Positions 28,959-42,786 of a stretch of 64,000 nucleotides of DNA are shown one piece after another. How positions within the stretch are numbered: position 1 is the first letter of the stretch; every line of letters begins with the position of its first letter. The position numbers and the translations under genes were made by a program. This DNA comes from Candidatus Latescibacterota bacterium. Its GTDB lineage: Bacteria; Latescibacterota; UBA2968; UBA8231. The notes below the pieces were generated by a model. That model worked only from the letters and a program-made list of their open reading frames with translations. It was not told where the DNA came from and searched no databases. Where the stretch lies: assembly GCA_965221775.1 (NCBI GenBank), contig CBDCSU010000005.1:544001-608000 (forward strand), given 5' to 3'.

Positions 28959-29708
28959 TCAATTCGCCGAAAGCGTCCGCGTGCCGTCCGGGTAGAGGCG
29001 GCCCACTTCGCGCTCGAACCGGTAACGGATGTCCACCGTCTCCAACGGCTCGTTGCGGTGGTCGAAGCGGAGCACCGTGTCGTGGATGGTCACCTCGACC
29101 CGCGAGACATCGGGATGGAGCACCGGAAAGACGAGGTAGCCCTCGAGCTCCTGGCCGCTGAAGACGATCTCCTTCCGGAACATGTTGCGCCGGGCCAGGT
29201 CGATGCGCTCCTGGTAGCGGTTGTACTCGTTGCCCCGGTAACCGAGGACGTAGGCCCGGTAGTAGCTCTTCAACTGACTCACTTCGAGGGTCCAGTAGCG
29301 GCGGCCGTTGTCGGCCGTCAACTCCACCTGCGTCGGGTCGATCTGGACCCTCGGGAAGGCGTAGTTCTTGACGTTCAGGTGAAAGACCGTGAAACGGGGC
29401 TGGCCCTCCGCACCCTCCCCGAGCTCGGTGTCGCCGAAGGTGAAGGGGTTCGTCGACTCCGGTCCGGAGCGGGAGTGGGAGGCGAACTGGCGGTTGAGCT
29501 CGGCGTCGGTGAGCGGGCGGAGCCTCACCTCGAGGCGGCCCTGCGTGTACGTCACCGCCCCGTCGTCGGCCACGGCCACCGCTCTCTGCTGCCCGTCGGA
29601 AGGCCGCAGTGGGCTGGCGTAGTAGGTGTATCCACAGCCGCTGCCGAGGAGGATGATGAGGATGGCGGCGGCCGGCGGCAGGCTCTTATTCATTAGCATA
29701 GCTCCCAT
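28959..29708 (-). CDS. Lipoprotein of unknown function (paralog of 19557-20315)
   Basis: Lipobox-like GSGC; shared VADDG.VT.TQGRLEV.LRP.TD.ELNRQF, NP.TFG, FERE.GR.YPDG; start may be a later Met. Confidence 0.8.
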   Translation of the reverse strand: MGAMLMNKSLPPAAAILIILLGSGCGYTYYASPLRPSDGQQRAVAVADDGAVTYTQGRLEVRLRPLTDAELNRQFASHSRSGPESTNPFTFGDTELGEGAEGQPRFTVFHLNVKNYAFPRVQIDPTQVELTADNGRRYWTLEVSQLKSYYRAYVLGYRGNEYNRYQERIDLARRNMFRKEIVFSGQELEGYLVFPVLHPDVSRVEVTIHDTVLRFDHRNEPLETVDIRYRFEREVGRLYPDGTRTLSAN

Positions 29709-29721
29709 TCGCGCATCGCCT

Positions 29722-29751
29722 AGCCTACGGCGGCCCGGAGGGTGCTGTCAA
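29722..29751 (-). promoter_or_regulatory. Putative sigma70 promoter for 29708-24151 genes
   Basis: TTGACA-18 bp-TAGGCT on minus strand. Confidence 0.5.
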
Positions 29752-29768
29752 GGCCGGCGGCGGAAGGT

Positions 29769-31283
29769 TCAGAACACCTGCTTGCGGTAGCGCTGGGAGT
29801 TGATTCCGAGCTGCACGCGGTACTTGGCCACCGTGCGCCGCGCGATCCGGATACCCTCCTTGCCGAGCTCGTCGGCGATGGCCTGATCGCTGAGGGGCTC
29901 CTGCCTGTCCTCAGCGTCGATCAGGGCGGAGATGCTCTCCTTGACGCTGCGCGCCGACACCTCCTCGCCGTCGTCGCGCTGCACCTTGCTGTCGAAGAAG
30001 TGCTTGAGCTCGAAGACGCCGTGCGGGGTCTCCATGTACTTGCCGTTGCTTACCCTGCTGATGGTCGACACGTGCATGCCCACGGCGTCGGCCAGGTCCT
30101 GAAGTACCATGGGCCTGAGGTGGGCGGGGCCGTGCTCGAACCAGTCCATCTGCGCCCGTACGAGGTAGTTGGCCACTTTCAGCATCGTCGCCCGGCGCTG
30201 GTTGATGGCGTTGATCAGCCAACGGGCGTCGTTGAGCTTCTCCGACACGTAGGACCGGACCTCGTCCTTGCGCCGGCGGCCGTCCACCAGCTGCGCATAG
30301 GAGCGGTTGATGGTCAGGGACGGGAGGTTGCCGTCGGTGAGGCTGACGACCCAGTCCTCTCCGACCTTGTCGACCACCAGGTCGGGGGTGATGTAGTTGA
30401 CGCTGGTATCGAGGGTGAGCATGCCGGGGCTGCTGAACCCGGCCTCCACGGCGGCGCCGGCATTCGGGTGCAGCTGCTCGATCAGCTCCATGGCCCCCTT
30501 CAACTCGTCGTTCTCCACGCCGAGGGCGCGCGTGATCTGCGAGAACCGGCGCCGGGTGAGGTCCTCCATGTGATGGCGCACGATCTTCCGGGCCAGCTCC
30601 AGGTCGTGGTAGTTCTCCTGGCCCTCCTTCAACTCCAGCTGGATCAGCAGGCATTCGCCGAGGTCACGGGCGCCGATGCCGGGAGGCTCGAAGGTCTGTA
30701 TGACCGCCAGGACGCGCTCCACGTCCTCCACCGGGACGGAGATCGCCTCGGCGATCTCCGCGGCCGTGCACGTCAGGTAGCCGCGATCGTCGATGTTGCC
30801 GATGATGAACTCCGCCGTCTCCACGTCCGCCCCTTCCAAGTCGCTCACCAGCAGCTGCTCCTGGAGCAGCTCGATCAGGGGAGTGACGGTGGTGATGCGG
30901 TTCTCCCGGGGCTCCCGGTCCTGCTCCCAGTCCGGGTCGTACTCGGTGGTCTCCTCGTTGTAGGAGTTCTTGTCGAGCTGGTCGTCGAGCAGGGCGTCCC
31001 AGTCGATCTCGTCGAGATCCTCCGGAACCTCTTCCTCCTTCAGCTCCTGCTCCTCGAGGGCGGCTTCCTGCTCGGGCGTCTCCACCTCCTCCGGCTCGAC
31101 CTCGGGCTCCAGCTCCTCCTCCTGCTCCACCACCTCCTCGAGGAGCGGGTTGATCTCCATCTGCTGCTTGATCTCGAGCTCGAGCTCCAGAGTCGACATC
31201 TGCAGAAGCTGCAACGACTGGATCAGCTGCGGCGCCATGCGCTGCTGCAGGCTGAGGTTCTGGGACAGGCGGAGCATCGTCAA
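29769..31283 (-). CDS. rpoN: RNA polymerase sigma-54 factor
   Basis: Q/L-rich region I, NPLLE, PPGIGARDL.ECL, HVSTISR, RpoN box ARRTVAKYR. Confidence 0.97.
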   Translation of the reverse strand: MTMLRLSQNLSLQQRMAPQLIQSLQLLQMSTLELELEIKQQMEINPLLEEVVEQEEELEPEVEPEEVETPEQEAALEEQELKEEEVPEDLDEIDWDALLDDQLDKNSYNEETTEYDPDWEQDREPRENRITTVTPLIELLQEQLLVSDLEGADVETAEFIIGNIDDRGYLTCTAAEIAEAISVPVEDVERVLAVIQTFEPPGIGARDLGECLLIQLELKEGQENYHDLELARKIVRHHMEDLTRRRFSQITRALGVENDELKGAMELIEQLHPNAGAAVEAGFSSPGMLTLDTSVNYITPDLVVDKVGEDWVVSLTDGNLPSLTINRSYAQLVDGRRRKDEVRSYVSEKLNDARWLINAINQRRATMLKVANYLVRAQMDWFEHGPAHLRPMVLQDLADAVGMHVSTISRVSNGKYMETPHGVFELKHFFDSKVQRDDGEEVSARSVKESISALIDAEDRQEPLSDQAIADELGKEGIRIARRTVAKYRVQLGINSQRYRKQVF

Positions 31284-31346
31284 GGCAGTTGTAACTCACA
31301 CTCTGGTAATGATTTGAGACGTACAGGCGAAGGCCTGGCAGGGGCT

Positions 31347-31376
31347 AATCTACCCCGGTGGCCTCGAGCCTGTCAA
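31347..31376 (-). promoter_or_regulatory. Putative sigma70 promoter of rpoN
   Basis: TTGACA-18 bp-TAGATT on minus strand. Confidence 0.55.
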
Positions 31377-31382
31377 GGATCG

Positions 31383-31398
31383 AGGCACAGCATTTGCT
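31383..31398 (+). promoter_or_regulatory. Sigma54-binding site in reverse orientation to rpoN
   Basis: AGGCAC-AGCAT-TTGCT, GG-N10-GC. Confidence 0.55.
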
Positions 31399-31428
31399 GC
31401 AAGCGTTCGACAGCTGGCCGACAGCCTG

Positions 31429-32148
31429 TCACGTCAAACGGAAACGGTCGCCCAGGTAGAGCCTGCGCACGTCCCGGTCCCGGGCCAGGTCCGGAGCGGT
31501 GCCCGAGGTCAGGATCACGCCGTCCACCATGATGTACGCGCGGTCGGCGATCTCGAGGGTCTCGTGAGCGTTGTGGTCGGTGATGAGGATGCTGAGCCCC
31601 CGGGCGCGGAGCTCGCCGACGATCGACTGGATGTCCTCCACCGTGCGCGGGTCGATGCCGGTGAACGGTTCGTCCAGGAGCATGTAGCGGGGTTCCGTGG
31701 CCAGGGCCCGGGCGATCTCGACGCGGCGGGTCTCGCCCCCGGAGAGGCTGTCGGCGCGCTGTCCGGCCCGGGCCTCGAGGTCGAGCTCGGCGAGGAGGCC
31801 GGCGGCGCGCGCCTCCCGCTCCCGGCGGCCGACGCCGCGCGCCTCGAGGACGGCGGAGACGTTCTGCGCCACCGTGAGACCCCGGAAGATCGACGTCTCC
31901 TGCGGCAGATAGCCGATGCCCCGGCGGGCCCGCTGGTACATGGGCAGCCGGGTCAGGTCCTCGTCATCGAGCAGCACGCGGCCATCATCGGGGCGCACGA
32001 AGCCGGTGATGCTGTGGAAGGTGGTCGTCTTGCCGGCCCCGTTCGGCCCGAGGAGGCCGACGACCTCGCCGGGACCGACGTGGAGGGAGACGCCGTCCAC
32101 CACCCGCCTGCGGCCATACGTCTTGACGATCTCCTCGACGCGCAGCAT
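31429..32148 (-). CDS. lptB: LPS export ABC transporter ATP-binding protein
   Basis: GPNGAGKTT, GYLPQE, LSGGE.RRVEIAR, LDEPF.GIDP, ITDHN, YLGDRF; upstream of rpoN. Confidence 0.95.
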   Translation of the reverse strand: MLRVEEIVKTYGRRRVVDGVSLHVGPGEVVGLLGPNGAGKTTTFHSITGFVRPDDGRVLLDDEDLTRLPMYQRARRGIGYLPQETSIFRGLTVAQNVSAVLEARGVGRREREARAAGLLAELDLEARAGQRADSLSGGETRRVEIARALATEPRYMLLDEPFTGIDPRTVEDIQSIVGELRARGLSILITDHNAHETLEIADRAYIMVDGVILTSGTAPDLARDRDVRRLYLGDRFRLT

Positions 32149-32159
32149 CCGCGGTCCCG

Positions 32160-36782
<4,623 letters not shown>

Positions 36783-36807
36783 CGGTCCGGCAGGCCCGGC
36801 CTCTGCC

Positions 36808-36836
36808 TTGCCAGGGTACCCACATGATGGTATCGT
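36808..36836 (+). promoter_or_regulatory. Putative sigma70 promoter of smc
   Basis: TTGCCA-17 bp-TATCGT with extended TG. Confidence 0.5.
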
Positions 36837-36930
36837 TCCTGTCCTGCTCCCCAGCCGGTAGTGGTTCCCCCCCTCTCCCCCCTTCCGCCCCCGGCCCGCC
36901 GGCCGCGCCTCCGGCGAGGAGATTCCGGCC

Positions 36931-39900
36931 TTGCGCCTGACCCATCTCGACGTCTTCGGCTTCAAGTCCTTCCTCGACAAGACCGAGATCCCCTTCGGCC
37001 CCGGGATCTCGGGGATCGTGGGTCCCAACGGCTGCGGCAAGTCCAACATCGTCGAGGCGATCCGGTGGGTCCTCGGCGAGCAGCGCGCCGGCGCCGTCCG
37101 CGGCCACCGCATGGAGGACGTGATCTTCGCCGGCACCCGGGGCCGCAAGCCCCTGGGGATGTGCGAGGTATCGCTGACCATCGACAACGCCGAGCAGGGG
37201 TTGGCGATCGACTACTCGGAGGTGACGATCACCCGCCGCCTCTTCCGCTCGGGCGAGAGCGACTATCTGCTGAACAAGGTCCCCTGCCGGCTCCTCGACA
37301 TCCAGAACCTGCTGATGGACACCGGCCTGGGTCCGGGGGCCTACTCGGTCATGGAGCAGGGGATGGTCGACGAGATCGTCGACGACCGGACCGAGAACCG
37401 CCGCCGCATCCTCGAGGAGGCGGCGGGGATCACCAAGTACAAGGCCCGCCGGCGGTCGACCTGGAACAAGCTCGAGTCGACGCGGTCGGACCTGCAGCGC
37501 ATCGAGGACGTCGTCGGCGAGATCAAGCGCAACGTCGACCTCCTCGGCCGGCAGGTGGGCAGGGCCCGACGCTACCAGGAGCTCAAGGCCGAGCTCGACG
37601 ACCTCGACGTGCGCCACGGGCGGCACGAGTTCTACTCCCTTCAGGAGCGGCTGCAGCCCCTGCAGCGGGAGTTCGACGAGTTGTCGAGGACGGTGGAGGC
37701 GGGGCTGACGAGGTTCACCGGCCTCGAAGCGGAGTTGGAGACGGAGCGCCTCGCCCTCACCGAGTCCGAGGGGGCCCTGCAGGAGGCGGGCCGGCGCCTC
37801 TCGCAGTGCCAGGAGGAGATCCACGTTCTCGACACCCACCTCGTCTCGTCGCGGGAGCAGCGCAAGGCCCGGGACGAGTCGATGCAGCGCGCCGCCGGAC
37901 AGCGGGAGGAGTCGCGGCGCCAGCTTGGCGAGACCGCCGCCCGCCTCGACGAGACCCGATCGAGCCTGGGGCGGTCCGAGGCCGAGGCCGCGGGAATGGA
38001 GGACCGCCTGCGGTCCCAGGAGGAGAGGGCCGGTGCCGCCGACGAGGAGTACGAATCGGTCCGTACCGGCCTGGACAGCGAGAACCGCCGCCTGCGCGAG
38101 TTGCTGCGCGAGAAGAGCGAGGGCAGCGAGTCGATGGCCCGCCTCCGGAGCGAGCGCCAGGGGCTGGAACAGATGGCGGAGCACCTGCGCGCCGAGGCCG
38201 CCGAGGACGACGACGGCCTGAAGCAGGCGCGCCGGGCGGTGGCGGCGGCCGGGTCCTCGCTGGAGACGCGGCGGGAGCGGATCACGGCCACCTCCGCCGC
38301 CCTGGACTCGGCCGCGAACCGGCGGTCCGAGGCCGAGTCGGCCATCTCCGCCCGCACCGGCCCCCTGGCCGACCTGCGCCGCGAGATCGAGTCGGGGCAC
38401 GCCCGCCTGCAGGGCCTGGAGCGGCTGCGCGCCGGGTACGAGGGCTACGCCGGGGGAGTCCGCGAGTTGCTCGTCGATTCCCCCTGTTCCGGGCTGTTCG
38501 AGGGCGTCCTGGGAGACCTGATCGAGGTCGAGCCAGGTCTGGAACGCGCCGTGGAGACCGCCCTGGGCGATGCCGTGGAAGCCCTCGTGGCCCGCGGGGA
38601 CGAGGGCTTGCTGGAGGCCCTCGAGTACCTTCGCGGCCGCTCCGGCCGAGCCGGGATCTACCCCCTCTCCTGGCAGGACGGCCCCGGGGAACCGGGCGCG
38701 GACCTGAGCGGCGTCGACGGGGTCTCGGGTCCTCTGGTGAAGCGGGTCCGGGCGGGGGATCACCTGGCGCCGCTGCTGAACCGGCTGCTCCACAACGCCT
38801 TTGTCGTGGACGATCTGACCACGGCGGTCGCCCTCGCCCGCCGGCACCCTGGACTGCCCTTGCGTCTGGTCACCGCCGGTGGCGAGGGGATCGGCACCGA
38901 CGGCCGTCTGGCCGGAGGCGCAGAGGCTCCGGAGGAGGGCCTCCTCCACCGGCGGCGGGAGATCGCCGAACTGCGCTTCGCCCTGTCCCGCCGGCAGGCG
39001 CGTCTGGCCGTTGCCGAGGCGGTGGCCGCGGCGGAGGTCAGGCGCCGCGACATCCTCGCGGCCCTCGTCGAGAGCCTGACCCGGGGGCTGGAGGACGAAG
39101 GCCGGGCCGAGGCCGGGGAGCGCCTGCAGCTCCGCTCCGCCCGCGAGGAGCAGGACCGGCTCAGTTCCCGGCGGGAGCAGCAGCAGTCCCGCCTGGCCGC
39201 CACCGAGGAAAAGCTGCGGGCGCTGGCCGGCGACGCCCCCCGGGAGGAGGCCCGGCTGGCCGCGATCGAGGAGGAGATCTCCGGTCTCGAAGGCCGGATC
39301 CAGGCCGGGGAGAGACGGCTGGAGGCCGCCGAGGGGGCCCGCCGCCAGCAGCAGGAGGCCCTCAACGGGCTGCGCCTGGAGAGCGTTCGGATCGACGCCG
39401 TGGCCAAGGGCCTGCGGGACGAGTGCGAGCGCCTCGAGCGCCTCCGCAGGGGCCACGCGACCTCGATCGAGCGGCTGCAGGACGAGGTCGCACGGGCCGA
39501 CCAGGAGCGGGCCCGCCTGGGGGCCGAAGAGGAGGCGATCACCACCCAGCTGGCCGTCAGGCACGAGGAGCACGAGGGGCTGGAAGGCGAGCGTCAGGAG
39601 CGCCACCGCCAGTGGCAGGACCGCACCACCGGGGCCCGCGGGCTGGAGGAGGAGATCGGCCGCCTGCAGCGGGAGCTGGGCGCCGACCGGGAGCGCCGCC
39701 ATCGGCAGGAGCTGCAGCTGGCGGAGATGAAGGCCGAGTGCCGCCGGATCGAGGGGCGCCTGAGGGAGGAGTACGAGGTCGCCCTGGCCTCTCTCGGCCC
39801 TCTGGACGAGGCCGACTTCGACGCTTCGGCCGCCGCTGAGCGGCTGGAGCAGATCCGCCGATCCATCGCCCGGCTGGGACCGGTGAACGTGGGCGTGCTG

Positions 39901-40491
39901 GAGGACTACGAGGAGCAGAAGGAGCGCTACGACTTCCTCTGCCGGCAGCGCGACGACCTGGAGTCGGCCGCCGAGGACCTGCGCAAGGCCCTGCAGCGCA
40001 TCGACCGCGTCGCCCGGAGCAAGTTCCGTGAGACCTTCGCCGAGATCCGCGAGAAGTTCCGCGAGACCTTCGCCCGGTTCTTTCCCGGCGGCGAGGCCGA
40101 TCTCTCACTGGAGGCGGACGTGGACCCCCTGGAGTCGAACATCGAGATCACCGCCCGGCCGAGGGGCAAGCGCCTGCAGAGCATCGGCCTGCTCTCCGGC
40201 GGCGAGCGCGCCCTGACCGCGATCTCCCTGCTCTTCGCCATCTACCTGGTCAAGCCGAGTCCCTGGTGCATCCTCGACGAGGTCGACGCTCCCCTGGACG
40301 ACGCCAACACCGAGCGCTTCCTGCGGGTGCTGCGGGAGTTCGCGCGCACCACCCAGTTCATTCTGGTGACCCACAACAAGCTGTCCATGGCATCGGCCGA
40401 CTCCCTGCACGGAGTGACCATGCCGGAGGAAGGGGTGTCGCAGCTGGTCTCGGTGCAAGTCGTGGAGGAGATGCTCGAAGCGGCGGGCTGA
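36931..40491 (+). CDS. smc: Chromosome segregation protein SMC
   Basis: GFKSF, GPNGCGKSN, coiled coils, hinge, LSGGE, LDEVDAPLD. Confidence 0.96.
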   Translation: MRLTHLDVFGFKSFLDKTEIPFGPGISGIVGPNGCGKSNIVEAIRWVLGEQRAGAVRGHRMEDVIFAGTRGRKPLGMCEVSLTIDNAEQGLAIDYSEVTITRRLFRSGESDYLLNKVPCRLLDIQNLLMDTGLGPGAYSVMEQGMVDEIVDDRTENRRRILEEAAGITKYKARRRSTWNKLESTRSDLQRIEDVVGEIKRNVDLLGRQVGRARRYQELKAELDDLDVRHGRHEFYSLQERLQPLQREFDELSRTVEAGLTRFTGLEAELETERLALTESEGALQEAGRRLSQCQEEIHVLDTHLVSSREQRKARDESMQRAAGQREESRRQLGETAARLDETRSSLGRSEAEAAGMEDRLRSQEERAGAADEEYESVRTGLDSENRRLRELLREKSEGSESMARLRSERQGLEQMAEHLRAEAAEDDDGLKQARRAVAAAGSSLETRRERITATSAALDSAANRRSEAESAISARTGPLADLRREIESGHARLQGLERLRAGYEGYAGGVRELLVDSPCSGLFEGVLGDLIEVEPGLERAVETALGDAVEALVARGDEGLLEALEYLRGRSGRAGIYPLSWQDGPGEPGADLSGVDGVSGPLVKRVRAGDHLAPLLNRLLHNAFVVDDLTTAVALARRHPGLPLRLVTAGGEGIGTDGRLAGGAEAPEEGLLHRRREIAELRFALSRRQARLAVAEAVAAAEVRRRDILAALVESLTRGLEDEGRAEAGERLQLRSAREEQDRLSSRREQQQSRLAATEEKLRALAGDAPREEARLAAIEEEISGLEGRIQAGERRLEAAEGARRQQQEALNGLRLESVRIDAVAKGLRDECERLERLRRGHATSIERLQDEVARADQERARLGAEEEAITTQLAVRHEEHEGLEGERQERHRQWQDRTTGARGLEEEIGRLQRELGADRERRHRQELQLAEMKAECRRIEGRLREEYEVALASLGPLDEADFDASAAAERLEQIRRSIARLGPVNVGVLEDYEEQKERYDFLCRQRDDLESAAEDLRKALQRIDRVARSKFRETFAEIREKFRETFARFFPGGEADLSLEADVDPLESNIEITARPRGKRLQSIGLLSGGERALTAISLLFAIYLVKPSPWCILDEVDAPLDDANTERFLRVLREFARTTQFILVTHNKLSMASADSLHGVTMPEEGVSQLVSVQVVEEMLEAAG

Positions 40492-40498
40492 GGCGGCC

Positions 40499-41353
40499 TC
40501 AACCGGCCCGCAAGCCGTACGGGTCCTGCTCCATCAGCAGCCGCGCCCTCCCGGAGGTCCGCGCGTCTCCCGAGCCCAGGGCGTCCTGCAGGAAGGCCGG
40601 GTGCTCCACGAGGAAGCGGCGCATGGCCCCGGCGGGATCTCCGAGATAGTCCACGAGCACGGTGTGCTGGGCCTCGCTGATCCGGCCACGGCGGCGCAGC
40701 TCGGCGAACATCGCCCCGTCGACGCGCAGGCACGCCTCGGCGTCGACTCCGCGGGCGGCGATCACCTCCATCCCCCCTTGTCCGCGGTCGACGACGTTGG
40801 CGCTCACCGCCATGTCGCCGCCGCGCCCCCGCAGGGCCGGGATCCAGGCGCGCGTGTAGGAAGAGGCCTCGGTCACCAGGTCGGCCACGTGGGCGGTACG
40901 CCGGCCCTCCAGATCCTCCACCGGGGCCAGGAGGTCCCCCGCGGCGGTCAGGGCGCCCCCGTCCTTGTAGAGGTAGAGGTGCGGCAGCCCGGTCCTCAGG
41001 GCGGCGCCGGTGGAGAAGAACCAGTCGCGCCGCTCCCCTCCCGAGACCCAGTCGATCCCGCCCGCCGGCTCCCGCCTGCGGATCGAGGCGGCGAGAGCGT
41101 CGATCACCGCGGCGTAGGCCGGGTCCGAAGCCAGTTGCGCCGAGATCCGCTCCGTCAGGCGCGCGTGGAAATCGGCGGACCTCGACCCGGCATCGATGAA
41201 GGCGAGCAGCTCTTCGGCTCTCTCGGGGCCTCCGAAGAGGAAGTGGGTGTTGATGTAGTACGGTCCCACCGTGCCGGAGGTGTACCAGAACACCTGCCCC
41301 GGGGGCGCGATGCGCAGCGCCTCGGAGCCAAGGAGAGACTCGAGCAGGTCCAT
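40499..41353 (-). CDS. Orotate phosphoribosyltransferase-like PRTase
   Basis: YTSG..GPYY.N, PRPP loop VADLVTEASS, VVDR.QGG. Confidence 0.7.
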   Translation of the reverse strand: MDLLESLLGSEALRIAPPGQVFWYTSGTVGPYYINTHFLFGGPERAEELLAFIDAGSRSADFHARLTERISAQLASDPAYAAVIDALAASIRRREPAGGIDWVSGGERRDWFFSTGAALRTGLPHLYLYKDGGALTAAGDLLAPVEDLEGRRTAHVADLVTEASSYTRAWIPALRGRGGDMAVSANVVDRGQGGMEVIAARGVDAEACLRVDGAMFAELRRRGRISEAQHTVLVDYLGDPAGAMRRFLVEHPAFLQDALGSGDARTSGRARLLMEQDPYGLRAG

Positions 41354-41892
41354 CAGGGCAGGTCGGCCTCGTCGAGATCGCACAGCCGCGGATTGGCGGC
41401 GTCCCGGCGGGAGATCACCGGCAGCCTGCCGGCCTCGAGGCCCCAGTCGATACCGACGCCGGGATCGTCCCAGGCCAGGCCGTGCTCGTCGGCTCCCGTG
41501 TAGTACTGGTCGACGACGTAGAGGAAGGTCGCCTCGGTGAGGGCGTGGTAGCCGTGGGCCACGCCCGGCGGGATGAAGAGGGTGCGGAAGGACTCACCGT
41601 CGAGCTGCAGGGTCTCGCCCACCCCGCGCGTCGGAGAGCGCCGGCGCAGGTCGTACAGGCCGACGCGCAGGGAGCCGGCCACGCAGTGCCAGCAGTCGGC
41701 CTGGAGATGGTGGAAGTGCAGGCCGCGGAGGACCCCGGGACCCGAGTGCGAGCGGTTGACCTGGAGCCGGTCCCAGGCGCGCCCGGGGAACCACTCGCGG
41801 CGGAAGATCTCGGCGAACCGGCCGCGGTCGTCGCCGAAGACGTCCAGCTCGACGGTGAAGACGCCGGTGATCCGCCCCTCCGTCCGCTCCAC
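41353..41892 (-). CDS. rmlC: dTDP-4-dehydrorhamnose 3,5-epimerase
   Basis: DDRGRF.E, QVN.S.S..GVLRGLHFH, DLRR.SPT, IPPGVAHG. Confidence 0.9.
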   Translation of the reverse strand: MERTEGRITGVFTVELDVFGDDRGRFAEIFRREWFPGRAWDRLQVNRSHSGPGVLRGLHFHHLQADCWHCVAGSLRVGLYDLRRRSPTRGVGETLQLDGESFRTLFIPPGVAHGYHALTEATFLYVVDQYYTGADEHGLAWDDPGVGIDWGLEAGRLPVISRRDAANPRLCDLDEADLP

Positions 41893-41895
41893 GCC

Positions 41896-42534
41896 TCAGC
41901 CTCCTCGGCCGCAGCACTTCTTGTACTTGCGGCCGCTGCCGCAGGGACAGGGGTCGTTGCGCCCCACCTTGGGCTGCTCCCGCCGGAAGGTGACCACCCG
42001 CTGCGGCAGCAGCCGCTCTCCCTCCAGCATCTCGGCGGGGCGCCGGCCGTCGAGACCGTCCCGGGGCGTCTGCAGCCACTCGTCGTGGAGCCGCTGCAGC
42101 TCCTCCTCGCCAGGCGACTCGTGGCCGCGCTCCTGGCAGAACAGGCCGAAGTCGGCCATCAGCCGGCCCCGCGGCGAGTCGAGGACCTGCTGCAGCTGGG
42201 CGGCGTCGACCCCGGGGGGCAGGGCCTGTCCGAGGGCGGCCATCCGCGCCCCGATGTCGATGCCGGAATCGGCGGTCCCTTCCGCGGGATCCTGCGCCTC
42301 TTCCGCCGGGTCCGCCTCCTCCTCCTCCGAGGCCGGTCGAACCCGCGGCGCCAGTTGCGCGAGCAGGGCGGCGAGGGGCTCCGCCGAGGCGGGGCGGTCC
42401 GCCGCCGCCTGGGAGGAGATCCACCCGGGGTCCTCCCCGTCGGCCAGCAGCTCCAGGATCTCTTCGGCCTCGAGCCGCCGGATGGCGTGGGTCTCGCAGA
42501 ACTCCCGCAGGGTCCGTGTGGCGTCCGCGTCCAT
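41896..42534 (-). CDS. SEC-C metal-binding motif protein
   Basis: C-terminal [20 protein letters not shown]. Confidence 0.85.
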   Translation of the reverse strand: MDADATRTLREFCETHAIRRLEAEEILELLADGEDPGWISSQAAADRPASAEPLAALLAQLAPRVRPASEEEEADPAEEAQDPAEGTADSGIDIGARMAALGQALPPGVDAAQLQQVLDSPRGRLMADFGLFCQERGHESPGEEELQRLHDEWLQTPRDGLDGRRPAEMLEGERLLPQRVVTFRREQPKVGRNDPCPCGSGRKYKKCCGRGG

Positions 42535-42602
42535 CTCTCTCCACTTCTGAATCGGGCGCCCGAATCTAGGCCGCGTCCGGGGCTGGGCAAAGCCGGCGGG
42601 CG

Positions 42603-42637
42603 CTCAGAACTCTGACGGAGATCCTCAGAATCCTGAG
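42603..42637. promoter_or_regulatory. Tandem palindromic sites, candidate enhancer (UAS) for a sigma54 activator
   Basis: CTCAGAACTCTGAC and CTCAGAATCCTGAG, starts 21 bp apart, ~95-125 bp upstream of the -24 box. Confidence 0.55.
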
Positions 42638-42729
42638 CCGAAAGACCTGTCCCCGGCCTTGGGACAGGATTCGCCCGGGTGTGCACAACTCCCTTGGAAA
42701 ACAGCTGGTTACGATAGTTCCCCGAGACC

Positions 42730-42744
42730 TGGCACGATGATTGC
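42730..42744 (+). promoter_or_regulatory. Sigma54 -24/-12 promoter
   Basis: TGGCAC-GATGA-TTGC, matches TGGCAC-N5-TTGC; 42 bp upstream of the ECF sigma ORF. Confidence 0.75.
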
Positions 42745-42786
42745 CATACGGGAGACCAGAACAATCACCATCAGCCGCGTCAACCG

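Noticed and set aside
41896-42534. secA call from the [11 protein letters not shown] motif
   Set aside because: Only 212 aa with no helicase motifs; stand-alone SEC-C protein.
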